Shown here: piece by piece, positions 13,883 to 26,661 of the stretch
Position numbering within the stretch: the first letter of the stretch is position 1
Layout of the letters: the number at the start of each line of letters is the position of its first letter
Origin: Vermamoeba vermiformis
Taxonomy: Eukaryota
Reading direction: 5' to 3'
Length of the DNA: 64,000 nt
NCBI GenBank assembly: GCA_045837725.1
Contig: JBEWZL010000253.1
Location: 186,001 to 250,000 of the forward strand
Made by a program: the position numbers and the translations under genes
Notes under the pieces: generated by a model
What the model was told of the DNA's origin: nothing
The model's input: only the letters and a program-made list of their open reading frames with translations
The model's database searches: none

Positions 13883-16869
13883 ATGACTTCTCCCGCGAGA
13901 CAGTGGTTGAATATCACTCCTCATAAGATCTCGCTCGCTATTTTGATCAACACTTACGTGAATGACCCCGAATTAGATAATCAAACCAAATCCGAAGTCG
14001 GCTGGCTGCTAATTGATGAAATAACCGTATGAATACAGCACAAATATTATGTATATATTATTTTAATAATATTCATCGCTTAGAACTTGAATGAATTCCA
14101 CGAGAAGTCGTTAGATGCGCTCTTCCGAACCATCGAGCAGCTCAAGCCTGATGGAGAACTCGTCAAGCAGCGATTGTGGGGCATGGTACGTACACGATGA
14201 TAGCTCACCATACTGTGGCTCCCTAGCAATCTCTGATGTCTCTCAGCTGTCTCGCTTGCAGTCCCCTGATGATCTGCACGAATTTCTCGCAGGTAATTAG
14301 TCAATAGGACACATATAATATGCACAACATAAATAGCCCACAACAATACAATATGCACAATATATCCATCGCACATGCTGTACGACTGTGTACCGCCCTC
14401 ACTGACCACATCCACCAGCGATAGGCACGCTGTTAGAGCAGCAAGAAGATATCGCGCAGTCACCACTCGTAAGTCTAAAAATAGCATATCAATGTCCATA
14501 TATGGTGCTGACGCGTGACAGGATCGCGGCAGTGTGCTGGGACTATTTCTCCGCAAATTAATGATCAGTTTTCATGAATTGATGTTTGAGGCACTCGCGC
14601 GACTCTTTGACGACTTGACACTTTATCGTGACACCTGTCAAACACAGAACTCTGTTGATGATATCTCGCAGCACGTGCCACAGTTAAATATTCCGCTGTC
14701 ACCGCTCGAGTTTGAAACGTTCATTGAAAACGAAGCCCGCAATGTGGAACGTAAGAATATTTCCTAATTAGGCAATGAACTCGACTGACCATGCACGTCA
14801 GGGGCATTCGGACGACTCTCCGAAGCGGAAATTCAGCACTCCATTGCCCACATCAAGCGCAGCATGCCCAGCGCGTATCAGATCGAGTTCTTGACGTGCG
14901 TAGGGTGCACTTTCCTTATTTGGTAATAATAATCTTTGCAGATACATGAATGCAGTGGCACACGGCGATGTGAACTCCGCAATTGAATCTTTGCACGAAT
15001 ATTTCGATCGATCGCTGCCGACGAGTGCACTGACCGACACGGAGCGGCTAAATATAGGTCTCTTGCCCTACGCGTGTCTAAATTTGGCAAGTCTCTACCT
15101 CAAATTTGGGCAAGTCGATGATGGTCTGCAGGTACGTGCCACACCCGTGCACCACTGCATTTCCTAATTAGGCAAACAGTTGATGTACGAGACGATCTAT
15201 CTCGCGCAGGAGAGCAAAGACGAGGCGTGCATTGCGCGCGCACTGACGCTCATGCACAAACTGCTGCTCGCGAGCTCCAAGGGCGAGATACACAGTCTAT
15301 ATATGGTAACGTCGCATTTACCAGTGCCCAAATATGGTTATTAACGCTGACAGCTATTGCAACGACTCGTGAAACAAGCGCAACGCATCAACATGCCCGA
15401 TTTGGCAAGTGAAGAATTGATTTCGCTCGCCAGCAGTGATCTGCGCTTTCCTAAATTGGAATCACGCCTGCAATCCCTCACCGAGTCCGCTCTAAATTTA
15501 GTAAGTCAAATGCCGCACTCGCTCTCACACACGCTCTCTCATACTCACGCTTGCCAAATTAGGAAACACAGCCGCAGAGTGTGTGGCACCATCTGAACAG
15601 CGCTGCGAGCACAGTGACCAGTGCCGCGACAGGAGCTAAAAATAGCAGCGCGGTGCTTGACGAGATACTGGCCACTGTGTCCGAGGTGCGCGCTGACTCG
15701 TGGCACGTGTTCGGCAATGAGGACATGTCACGTGTCTTCAATCAGAACGCGCTCGACACGTGTTACGGACCTGACTCTGACACGTGTCAAACCACGGCCA
15801 GCAGCAATCTCGCGCTGTGCAAAGCAGCGCTGTCCTTGTCCGAGCAGGGCCAATCACGTGCTGCACTGCGTCTGCTGCTCGAGGCACGTGATCGATATCC
15901 GCTGTCACCTGTCAACAACACGTGGCTGATCTACGCGGGACGAGTGTTGTTCAACGATGCCCTAAATAGGTAAGTGGCACTCTGCCCCCTCACGCCCACT
16001 AACGTCGCGCAGAGGACAGCACGACAAGGCCAGCACAGTGTGCACGCGACTGTTGGCCCTCACACCGCACCAGGGCACCGCGCTGAGTGAGCACATTGAC
16101 ACGTGTCACCGACTCGCATCGCTGTATCTCGCGGTGGGAGATTTGACGCGCGCCAAACAGCTCATCACGCAACTCCTGGATTTGTGCTCGTCACGTGGTC
16201 TCGAACTGCAAAGTGTCAATCTGTTGGTGACACTCGCTGACATTCACCTGGCACGTGTCACCATTGCCTTATTTAGTACCAATGCGACTAACAATCGGTT
16301 CACAGAAATCAGGCTCGCACGTGACAGCACTGCCCCACGTGCTCAAAAGTCTGACACTGACCACGCAGTATCATCTCACCGCACTGCAAGTCATTGCAAC
16401 TATTCAGCTCGCGGAGATTCAATCTCGGCTGTTCAACGACACTCAGCGCGCGTGTCATTTGCTGGACTCGGTGCGCGTGTCACTGCCGCACTGTCCACTC
16501 GTGACACGTGTCAGAGCGCATTTGTTGCGTGTCACGTGTCAATTGCAGCACGACACTCCTGGTACGTCACGTGACAATGCTAAATATGGATTCTAACGTC
16601 TATTTTTAGATCTGAAGGCAGCAGTGACTAATTTGGAAAGTCTGGCAGCTGAATGTGCGCGTGGTGGCATGCTCGATTCACTGAAAGAGGTGTACTATCT
16701 GCTGGCACGTGTGCACCACGAACTCGATCAGACCGAAGCACGTGATCGCTGTGCCGCGCGGTTCAGTGAACTCGAACAGCAGTCACGTGCTCGCGTACCC
16801 TGCACGCACGTGTATTATCTGAACAGCGAATCGATCGAACTGGAGCTCGCACAGCTGCCACGGATGTGA
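13883..16869 (+). CDS. ANAPC5: Anaphase-promoting complex subunit 5
   Basis: N-terminal ITPHKISLAILI, SVLGLFLRK, AIESLHEYFD, YACLNLASL followed by TPR-like helices. Many short introns. Confidence 0.85.
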
Positions 16870-16967
16870 TTGCCTTATTTGGCAAGTGTTCTCGATGTAC
16901 AGCGGAATTATGAATGTAAATTAGCAATGGACTTTACCTATTTCGTCTTTTATTCCTAATTTGGACA

Positions 16968-18084
16968 TTAAAATCGTTCTCGCAGACGCGAGGCAATAGT
17001 GCGCAGCTTGGAGTAGACCTTGCCTGGCGGTGAACCTAAATATAGCGCGGTCAGTGATGGGCCCAAATATGGTAATCCAATCACGTGACTCACCGAGAAT
17101 CAGATCGACCACTGCGTCACGTGCCACTTTGATGTTCGTGAACGAGCCCAGAATGTGAATTTTCCTAATATAGCAACCAGGTCAGTTCCGTGCGAGTCAG
17201 AGTTTGACACTTTTGACACGTACTTGTCAGCGAGCACTATGCGCGTGCGTGTCGCGTTCTCAATGGTGAATTTAGTTTTTCCGTCCTTGCCGGCAATGCG
17301 ACCAATGGCACGTGACAAGTGATCGCCGTGAAGTGTTTTCACTGAATAGCACGGGTGAGTGCCGCACGTATGACCAAATAAGGCAAGTACGTACCGTCAT
17401 CGATCTCAAACGAGTCTATGTACAGGTCATCGAGTCGCAGCAGGGCTATGGCGTCCTGCAGAAGTAGTTAGCTGTGGACTGTATAACACTGTTGACTAGT
17501 CTATATACATCACTATAGACTAGTAGTATATATCACTAGCACGTACATTGATTTCAAAGCCCAAGATGAAGGCGCGCACAAAATCCGCTGACTTTTGTAA
17601 GGCACCAATGTCTTCGGTCTCTGCTGAGGTCTGCGAGAATGAACGGTTATACCCCTATATTTGCCTATGCTATTCTCGTGGCACTACGTACTCTGATCTC
17701 TACGTTGCGGCTGTGAGTGTTGAATCTGATTTGGAGTTTCATGTGCTTGACAATAGGCGTGTATATTTCCATCCAATGCTCTTTCAGAGGACTCAAGCGG
17801 TGTTGCGGCACTGGTACGCGCCGCTCTTGCGAATCACCTTCCTATAACAATACAGCACTACGATTATTTACCGATTTGGATTGAATCGCGATCGACGTTA
17901 ATTTGAAATTACAAAAGGCTATAATATGCATGGAAATATTGCTTACATATTCGTGCGCTTTTAATGGCGCAAAATTGGGTCGTGCGCCCTCTTCGTATTC
18001 GTCCATCTCGTCGTCTCCATCTGCTTCGTGTTCTTGGATCGCACGTGCGAGAAACTCTTCGTCGATAACACTGGTATTGGCCAT
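16968..18084 (-). CDS. PNO1: Pre-rRNA-processing KH protein PNO1/Dim2
   Basis: [40 protein letters not shown]-terminus [16 protein letters not shown], stop at 16968. Confidence 0.95.
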
Positions 18085-18201
18085 ATTGATTGATATTAAT
18101 ATACAGTTGTGGTTGCACTTGTCGGCAGCTGTTAACAACTGAATCCGCTCTTCATCTCAACATTTTATTTTTCACGCGACCGATTAACAACAGCTAGTCT
18201 A

Positions 18202-18773
18202 ATGGACGAGGAGATTTTAGAAGAAAAGAAAATTGAGCTGGTGCGTCACATATATTTATTTATTAGAGCTGTTATCGATTAACTGTTGTTTACAGATTTC
18301 AGATCCCAATCAGCCTCAATTCGCCACGGTGATATTAACCGATGAGGATCACACTATTGGCAACTCACTGCGATATATGTTAATGAAAAAGTAGGTTCGA
18401 TAACTGCGATCTAGATGCGATCCGTCGTTTAAAAATAATATTCAAAAATAGAGAATAATTGTTATCAACTTATTGCACACAATATATATATGACATATTA
18501 TATAGCCAGTAATTAATGCATCCATTTGCAGTCCCAATGTCGATTTCGCTGGCTACAGCATTCCTCATCCCTCTGTAAATAAGTTAAATATGCGCATTCA
18601 AACCACAGGTACCTATCAACCACCAGTATATACATAATATCATGGTTAACGGCCATACAGGTCAACCAGCCGTCGAAGCGCTCGAGAAGTCATTGCGCGA
18701 TCTGAAAGAACTGAACGAGCACGTCTTAGCGACCTTCAAGCACGAATTCGCAAGCTATATTCAGCGCAATTAG
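18202..18773 (+). CDS. POLR1D: RNA polymerase I/III subunit AC19 (not in ORF track)
   Basis: 4 exons. Spliced protein contains [31 protein letters not shown]..MRIQT. Confidence 0.92.
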
Positions 18774-18950
18774 TACTGCTAGTAGAACATTATGTTAATA
18801 AACACCAGTTATGTACAAAGAGGTTTATTGCAGGTCACATCCGCTACAAAACTGCTCAATCTGAGCTACGATGGCAACAAACTGCAAGTAATGACAATGA
18901 GGTGATAAACGAAGACTACTAAAGAGATATATACAAGCTGGCAATCAGCG

Positions 18951-20894
18951 TTAGATGTGGTGCGTGCGACAGAACTCTTCAATGCGATTGCAGGCCTCGG
19001 TGAGCACATCCAGGGGCGCGCAGGTGACCAGTCGAATGTAGTTCTTCATTCTGAACGCTTGACCTGGCAGCACTGCGAGCGACTGTTCGCGCAACAGCTC
19101 GAGTGCGAAGGCCATGTCGTCCGCAATGTCTCTGAACTGCGGCAGCTCAATGCCGATCATCATGTACATGGCTCCCTTGGGTGCGATGCAGCGCAGACCA
19201 GGCACGTGACTCAATCTCGACACGAGATATTCCGCTTGTGTCTTCAGCTTCGTGTTCGTCTCGGCGTAGAACTCGGCGGGAGTGTCGCGCAGAATGTGTG
19301 GCAGAGCACCCTGTTTGACACGTGTCAAATGCAGCCCTCCAAGTACTGTGACACGTGACTTACCTGCACCACAGAGTTCGCACCTAAAATGGTCGTGGAC
19401 AGTGCGAGCAGACCAGTGCGCACGTGACCGAACACGCCGATCGGGTCGTGGATGAGAATCCAGCCCACGCGCCAGCCCGGCACGAGCCACTGCTTGGCAA
19501 TGCCACTGACTGACAGCACGGGCACGTGACTCGCGAGCAGTGCAGCGGGCACGAAGGCGTCAGTCTCGAACACCATGCCACCGTAGATTTCATCGGCGAT
19601 CACGGGCAAGTGATGTTTGGCTGCGAGACTGCAAATGACAGGTGTCAATCCGAGTACAGCACAGCACAGCTCAGTACGTACTTGAGTATGTCGCGGAGGT
19701 GATCACGTGACCAGACAGAGCCGCAGGGATTGGACGGATTGTTGATGAGCAGTGCACGTGTCTTGCGATCGATCTTTGCCTCCAGCGCCGACAGATCTGC
19801 CTGCCACTCCTGCTCGGGCAACAACGGATAGCCGCGGGGTTCAATACCTGTTTCATGAACGACGTGTCAGTGGACTGACAGGTGTCACAGCCGCACCTGC
19901 GCACGTACCCTTGCTGTCGAGCAGTGTCTGGTAGAGCGAGAAGCCTGGCACGGGAATGAGCACGTTGTCGCCCTCATTGGCCAGCACGCCCAAACACATC
20001 TCCAGCGCGTGACTGGCGCCAGAAGTGATGATCACGTCCTCGCTCGTGTACTGCACGGCACCGTGTCTGTTCTGCACCGAGTACTGCTGCGCCACTGCGG
20101 CACGGGTCTCGGGATAGCCGCACGAGTGGGGATAGCCGTCGTACTTGCCACTCTCTAGTGCCTCGCACAGGGCTGTGGTGACTGCGGGGGATTTGGGGAG
20201 ATTGCCAAATACGGTAGGGTCACCTGATCGATCGGATTAGCTGCGTGTACTGGTGCAAGTAAAAGACGATCGAGATCTACTCGCGTGGATTAAATGGTGG
20301 ATTGATGCGAGTCAACCTCAGCATATTAAAATCAATGCATAATATGATAATATTGGATATTCAAATTTGTAATTGGGATCGCATCCGAAACGGATCGAAG
20401 ATTCGGATCCGAAACTTTCTCCGACAATTCAAATCAGATATGACAGTGCAATGTTTGTGTTATTGTTAATCATAGTGCTCTAGTCACAATTATATAGCTC
20501 GTACTCGTTTCAGCGATCAAAAAGTATCGTATTAAATATTTCAGCTTAGGTTTTTGTATTTTAAGGCTGCAATTTCAATCCTTATATGCACATATTTAAT
20601 TTCAATTATGTAACAGCTTGGCAGAGCTAAATAATGCATAGAAAATAGTTTGCTGAAGAGACACATTTTGATCGAGAACAAAATTCTAATCAGCAATGCA
20701 ATGACTGCTTTGAATGTAGTATAAGACGTGCGATACATACCAATAGAGAGCTGTAGACGTGGTTTAGCGGCATTGATTGGAATATTGAGCTGATCGACGA
20801 TCTTGCGGATGGGATTGCTGGTACGCTGCGCAATGATGGACGAGTTGATTGGCGCCCAAGTGCGCGAAGTAGATTGATCGGCTTGATGTGACAT
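18951..20894 (-). CDS. TAT: Tyrosine aminotransferase
   Basis: TSNPIRKIVD, LSIGDPTVFGN, VIITSGAS, NNPSNPCG, IADEIY, PLP lysine motif GIAKQWLVPGWRVGW. Confidence 0.93.
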
Positions 20895-21311
20895 ATATAC
20901 TAATTATGTCTGTAGTGAGCACTGTGGTGCGTGTTAAGTATTATAAAATGAACTATTCAGTAAAGAACAATTTTTTCACGACGGAACAAGTCAACGAAAT
21001 TCAACGCACATTTCAGGGGGTAGTGGGCCCTGATTAAGATCTTAATACGGATGAACTAAGTTGTATATAGGTATCCGAGGCCTGTACCGTTGTCTTGTCT
21101 TGATTGCCTGTTGTTCGTGCAAAATATTTTTCACACCAAATTTATCGCGTTGAGATCCACCACAAGAGTTCGTTTCAACTACAACAGTGTTCATTGTACA
21201 TGTGGTGATTATATTATATTCTTGTTAGAAATATACTACCACCGTCAACATTCAGTCGCGAGTATTTGACGGATCTACCATCAACTGTATTTGTAATTAA
21301 TATCGCCAATT

Positions 21312-24300
21312 ATGGTACGTGGACATTACATTGTGACTTATTATATGCAATTAGTAACATTGAATGATTTTTTCTGCCGTTAAAAAGCGAGATAAATCAG
21401 TCAATTATTGAAATTTAATTAAAAAATTGGTGCAAATACTTATTCGACATGTTATGTTGTAAATTCGATATTGCCAATGAGATGTATATGGTTTGTCATT
21501 ATTTATTGACGAAATAATTATTTAATTTTGCAAATCCGGGCAATTACGCCGCCTATTTCAATAACACCAATCTTGCTTGCTAAATATGGCAATAGAACTA
21601 TTCTCATTACTATATTTGGATAGGATCCCGCTGTACTGGCACAATGTTTGAAGCGTGTCGTGATGGTGCGCGTCAGTGGTCCGGACTACACGCGGATCAA
21701 GATCTTGGGCCGTCCGTTCTATCACGCCGAGTAGGGCTCATTACAGTGTTATTATTGAGACTAAGGACAGTGTATTAACTCATTTGTGCAGCAATGGCGT
21801 CACGACACTCAGTGCTTCAGGCCTGCTGGTCGATGAGAAGAAGGTACTGAGCGTTATTACCATATTAGGCAATGCATTGACCAAATTAGGGCATCATCAT
21901 CACCTCAGCCACACTGCTGAGTCCGTTCATGAATTTCAACGCGCGCAGAGGTGCCAAGGACAACAAATCATTTCCCAAAGCGCTAAAAAAAGACACGGCC
22001 GTGCACGTGCTGTTCGAAGAATCGGCGCAAAGACATCAATTCGCACGTGACGAGAGTGACGTGGCAGTGTCAGACACGAGTCAGTGGCGCGCAGTCTCGT
22101 TGATTGACGTCGTGCCCTGTCAACTCGTCGACGCGTGTCTCAAACAACTCACGGGACTTTCCTTAAATGGTAAGTGCACTGCCTGTCACGCGTGTCAATC
22201 GCTGACCAGTGAGTGACAGGTCAGCCAGGCTGGGAGGTCGGGTGGCACGTGACCTCGCGCGACACCCCCGCAGGCACGGTCAGTCCGCACGACGTCCAGG
22301 CCGCGCAGTCCTGTTGGCGCGGATTCGATCACGTGGCCGTGCTGCAGCTCAGCGAGGGCGACAGACTGGCCTGGCTCGATGCGCACGAGTGGACTGCCCT
22401 CAAATTGGCGAATATGGAGCGATGCGAGGTAATGATCACGTGACGTGTTTGAAGTGCGACGCTAAAAATAGACACAGCGCGGCGAGGCGATGACGATGAT
22501 TGGCTCACCGTTCGGCATCATTTCCCCGCCCATCTTCACCAACTCGACCTTTCAAGCCACGGTCAGCAATGTCATTCGACACTCGCGCCCTGGTGAGTGT
22601 GTTGCGCTATATTTAGATCACGTGCCACTAACGCGATGCAGATCAATCGACCAATCAGCAGGCGCCGTGTCTGTTGATGCTCGATCAGTTGTGTCTGCCG
22701 GGCTGTGAGGGCGGGCCAGTGTTCAATCAGCTCGGTGAACTCGTCGGGGTACGTCGCTAAATATAGCACTTGCCTTATTTGGCAACACACTGACACTTTG
22801 ACAGCTAATCGCTCCCCCACTGCGCAAGAACGACAAGTAAGTATTGCAACAATTTCTCCGCTGTAGCCGCGCATTGACACGTGTCACTTTTTGACAGCTC
22901 GAATGTGGAGGTCAATCTCGTGATTGCTGTCAACAGCTTTGTGTCGCAGTTGTACGAGCAACACGTGCACGTGCCACCACCGCCCTCACCTCCGGTACGC
23001 AGTTTGACAGCTGTCAGTGCGTGTCACTCACCGCGTTCTATAAATAGGCAGCAGTCGCGAATCCAGTGGTGGAAATGATCAAGTCTGTGCAGAAGTCGGT
23101 GGCACTCATCACTGTTGGTGCCTATTGGGGCAGTGGCATTCTCGTCAGTGCTGAGGGCTGTATCCTTTATTGCCTGATTAGGAAACTGTCTCATTTGAAC
23201 GATTGTCTTCCTTAACTGATCATTGCAGATATTTTGACATGCGCGCATTTATTCCGCTCTCTGTTGGTTCACAACGCCCCACTTAGCGAGCTAAAAATAG
23301 ACGCAGCTAAAGAACAAGATATACTTTCCAAATTTGGCAAGAGTCTGAGCACGGGACAGGCGAGTCCGCCCAAGAGCAAGTCGTATCAATATGACCCGTT
23401 CAATCCACAGCTGCAGCCTGGCTACAAAGTTGAAGTGCGGTTAGATCTGTTGGACAGCGCACAACAATATGTCCATAAATGGTATGCTGCAGAGCTCAAA
23501 TACGTCTCGAGCAGTCACTGGGACCTCGCACTGCTCAAATTGAAGAACTTTGTGCCGAGCGAGCTGAATGTCACCATTGAACCGATCAGCATCCCTGACT
23601 TCGAGGTGAGCATCACGTGACAGCACTGTTGACACGTGTCTAACACTGACCTGCAGAGTGACGAGTGCAAAGAGCCGCAGCAAGGCGAGTCTATTTTTGT
23701 GTTGGGCCACGGTCTGTTCGGACCTAGCAAGCGTAAGTGCTGACCTTTGACACGTGTCACTCAGTCACCCGTGCTGACCTGCTTCACAGAAATGTTGCCG
23801 ATGAGTCTGAACGGCATCGTGTCCAAAATAGTCTATTTGCGCGGCAAAGCACAGATCATCGAGACGAGTGCGCGCGTGCACCGAGGCGTGAGTGGCGGCA
23901 TCTTGACCAACAAACAGGGCCAGTTCATTGGCCTCGTCACCTCCAATGCGCGACAGAAGGACGGACGCATCGTGCCCAACATCAACTTCAGCATCCCTGC
24001 GCGTCACTTGCGCGCCATCAGCGAGTACTTGAGCGGTGCTGAAGAGGAGTTGACGGCGCTGCAGTCGTTTGAAGTGCGCGACGAGGAGTGTGCGGCACTG
24101 TGGAAGTTGCGATTGACAGCACCGCACAACATCACGGATGACGCTGTCAAACCGCTCTTCCCGCCAAATCTGAACTCACTGCCGCCCCCTGCAGCTATAA
24201 ATAGCCCCGAGAGTGTGGCACCGCGACCTCCATCGAATTTTTACAACTTTATTGCGCGCTTTGAAGAACAAATGGCCAAGCCGAGCAGCGACCTAGCCCC

Positions 24301-24415
24301 TCTCATGTCGAATACTAACACCCCTGTGAATACTGCCCCTAACAATCATAACACTACTGCGAGTATTGCTTTGAAACAGCCGTCAATATCGGATCTGATC
24401 AAAAGCAAATTGTAA
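21312..24415 (+). CDS. TYSND1: Peroxisomal leader-peptide processing protease TYSND1/DEG15
   Basis: VMVRVSGPD and TTLSASG. First protease-like domain LPGCEGG. Triad LTCAH / WDLALL / HRGVSGG. C-terminal SKL (PTS1). The first exon is probably the ATG alone (21312-21314). Confidence 0.85.
23160..23228 (+). other. U12-type (minor spliceosome) GT-AG intron
   Basis: 5'SS GTATCCTTT, branch TTCCTTAAC at 23208-23216, about 12 nt before CAG. Removal restores EGYILTCAH. Confidence 0.92.
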
Positions 24416-24493
24416 ATCTGTTGTACATTTCTTAAACACTACTAGCACAGTAGTTCTTTATTACACATCGCTATCTACATATGATTATTACTA

Positions 24494-25736
24494 TTATTGT
24501 TTGAAGCTGAAGCCGCTGTTCGCATTGGTCGGTGCAGGCGGCTCTTCAGGCTCCGGTTTCTTGGGCGCAGTGCGGTACTCGGGCTTGAGTTCGTAAGTGC
24601 TCTTGTGCTTGCCACTCGTGTTGTAGCTGCACACTTCGTTCAGCACTTCTTTGAGGTAGTTCTGCAGCGATTAGCAACAGACCAATCATGTATATATATA
24701 TACACACAGCACACTTACGACGGGCTGATTGCAGTAGGTGTTGAGGTCCTTGAGGGTCCAGTAGTCCTGCTTTCTGAAGGCCTTGAAGATGAGCTCCAAC
24801 AGCTTCGTCTTGTCCAATCGCTCGCGCTTGTCAGCCACGCCGCGCTCATCGACTTGTTGACGACGCTTGACCAGTGTGTTCGTGAAGGACTTGGAGGCAC
24901 TGTCCCCGGTGCCAATGTCGTCCTTGATTTTGATTGGTCGACCTTTCTTTTCTGCGAGATTTCGTCGCTGGGCCATCACTTGTCTGGCACGTGTCAAAGT
25001 TAGACTTGCACGCAGAATTCAGTGAATGCGCCTTACTTGTACTCGGGGGCATTGATATTCGCTTTCATTTCAAATCGATACTGCACGAGGCCCTCCATGG
25101 CCAGCAGTCCTGCGTTGAGGGGTCAGATCTGCGCAAAGAAAGCAATTCTTCAACAGCACGTACCGTCTTTAGTCTCAGAAAATATTTCCATAGGCACTGC
25201 CGCGGTGATAGGTGCCATGTTGTAGTCTTTGGGAATAGAGGTGTCTGTTTTCAGTACAAGCGAGACCTGTGAATGGTCAGAATCGGATCTGACTCGTTTG
25301 ATAGCGTTCATTTGAATTATTGCGATCAACATAAATTGTCGGTGCAGTCAAATAAATATCGCAATATTAATTAGATCGTTGATGACAGAAGAATTTGCAA
25401 ATAAATAAAGAAAATTTTCAAAATATTCTAAATATTCATTATCGCATTGTAGCGCTTAAACAATCGTTCGGTTATCATCTAAATATTATTTCATCGTTTT
25501 AAGAATTCGCTGGAATTAATTAGACATACATCTGCTTGATTTGCACCTTCACGGCGCTGAATTCTGACTCTGCCGAGCTCACTGCCCGCAGGATTCTTCA
25601 GCCACTCTTCAGCGACAAAATTGGGCACTTTAACGAGCCACAGCTTGGTGTTGGCTTTCGCTACATTGACTTCTCCTAACAGATGTGTGTCGTCATCATC
25701 GCGTCCATCAATGTCCATACGATTGTTGTTCGACAT
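24494..25736 (-). CDS. GTF2F2: TFIIF beta subunit (RAP30)
   Basis: KLWLVKVPNFVAEEW, LLELIFKAFRKQDYWTLKDL..QP, YELKPEY. Confidence 0.92.
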
Positions 25737-25869
25737 GTTGCGCCACTATTACACAATACTAGCGACATGTTTTTTGGCTAGTTGTTTGTGATCTGCAGCA
25801 AAGTCGCGACTATTTCTGCAAGAATTGACGCAAAGTTTTGTTAGTGACACGAGCAGCGCATTGAACAAC

Positions 25870-26515
25870 ATGAAGAGCTATCGCAAAGAGTTGTGGTTCA
25901 AAACGAAGAATAGGACCGAGTTCATTAACATCACCCCGCAAGTCGAGAAGTGTTTGGAGGAGAGCGGGATCAAGGAGGGCTTGTGTCTCGTGAATGCCAT
26001 GCACATTACTGCATCGGTGTTTATTAATGACGATGAGTCTGGTACGTGCTCGTAACAACAACTACTACTAGTAACAACAATACGCAAGCATGAATAGCGA
26101 AGCATAAATTAAAATTGAAAAATATTCCATTCGGATTAGCAGCCGTGTCTGACTAGGTACTGTTATTATGAAGGACTGCACAAGGATTTTAAAGAATTTT
26201 TGGAACAACAAGCACCGCAGAACAAGCACTGGCACCACAACACTCCCGGTACGTGTCGGATGTGTGCAGTTATTCGTCCTATTGTGGCTGACTATGCCTG
26301 CAGGCGATGCCAATGGTGATGCACATGTGAAGCGAATGGTAAGTACAGTACACTGAGCGCACACACCACTCACATCCACGCAGCTGTTCGGTCGTGACGT
26401 GACAGTGGCCATCACCGAGGGCAAGCTCGACTTTGGGCCGTGGGAACAGATCTTTTACGGCGAATTTGACGGTCAACGTGACAAGCGCGTGTTGGTGAAG
26501 ATCATTGGTGCTTAG
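25870..26515 (+). CDS. yjbQ: YjbQ/UPF0047 family protein (secondary thiamine-phosphate synthase activity reported in E. coli)
   Basis: [48 protein letters not shown]. 4 exons. Confidence 0.9.
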
Positions 26516-26661
26516 TACGGACAATAGTACTGCAATTAAATAGGGCTTTAGTCGCACTCGATTTGGATTTATTTACAAGGCTGAACAGCGTCTTAATTAA
26601 GGTGCGCTATTCAATGGTGCAACACTATGCACAATAGCACTCGCTGCATATTCGCGCTGCA

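Noticed and set aside
20380-20415. Small hairpins ATCCGAAACGGAT and TTCGGATCCGAA in the TAT first intron
   Set aside because: Short and isolated, with no recognisable RNA family.
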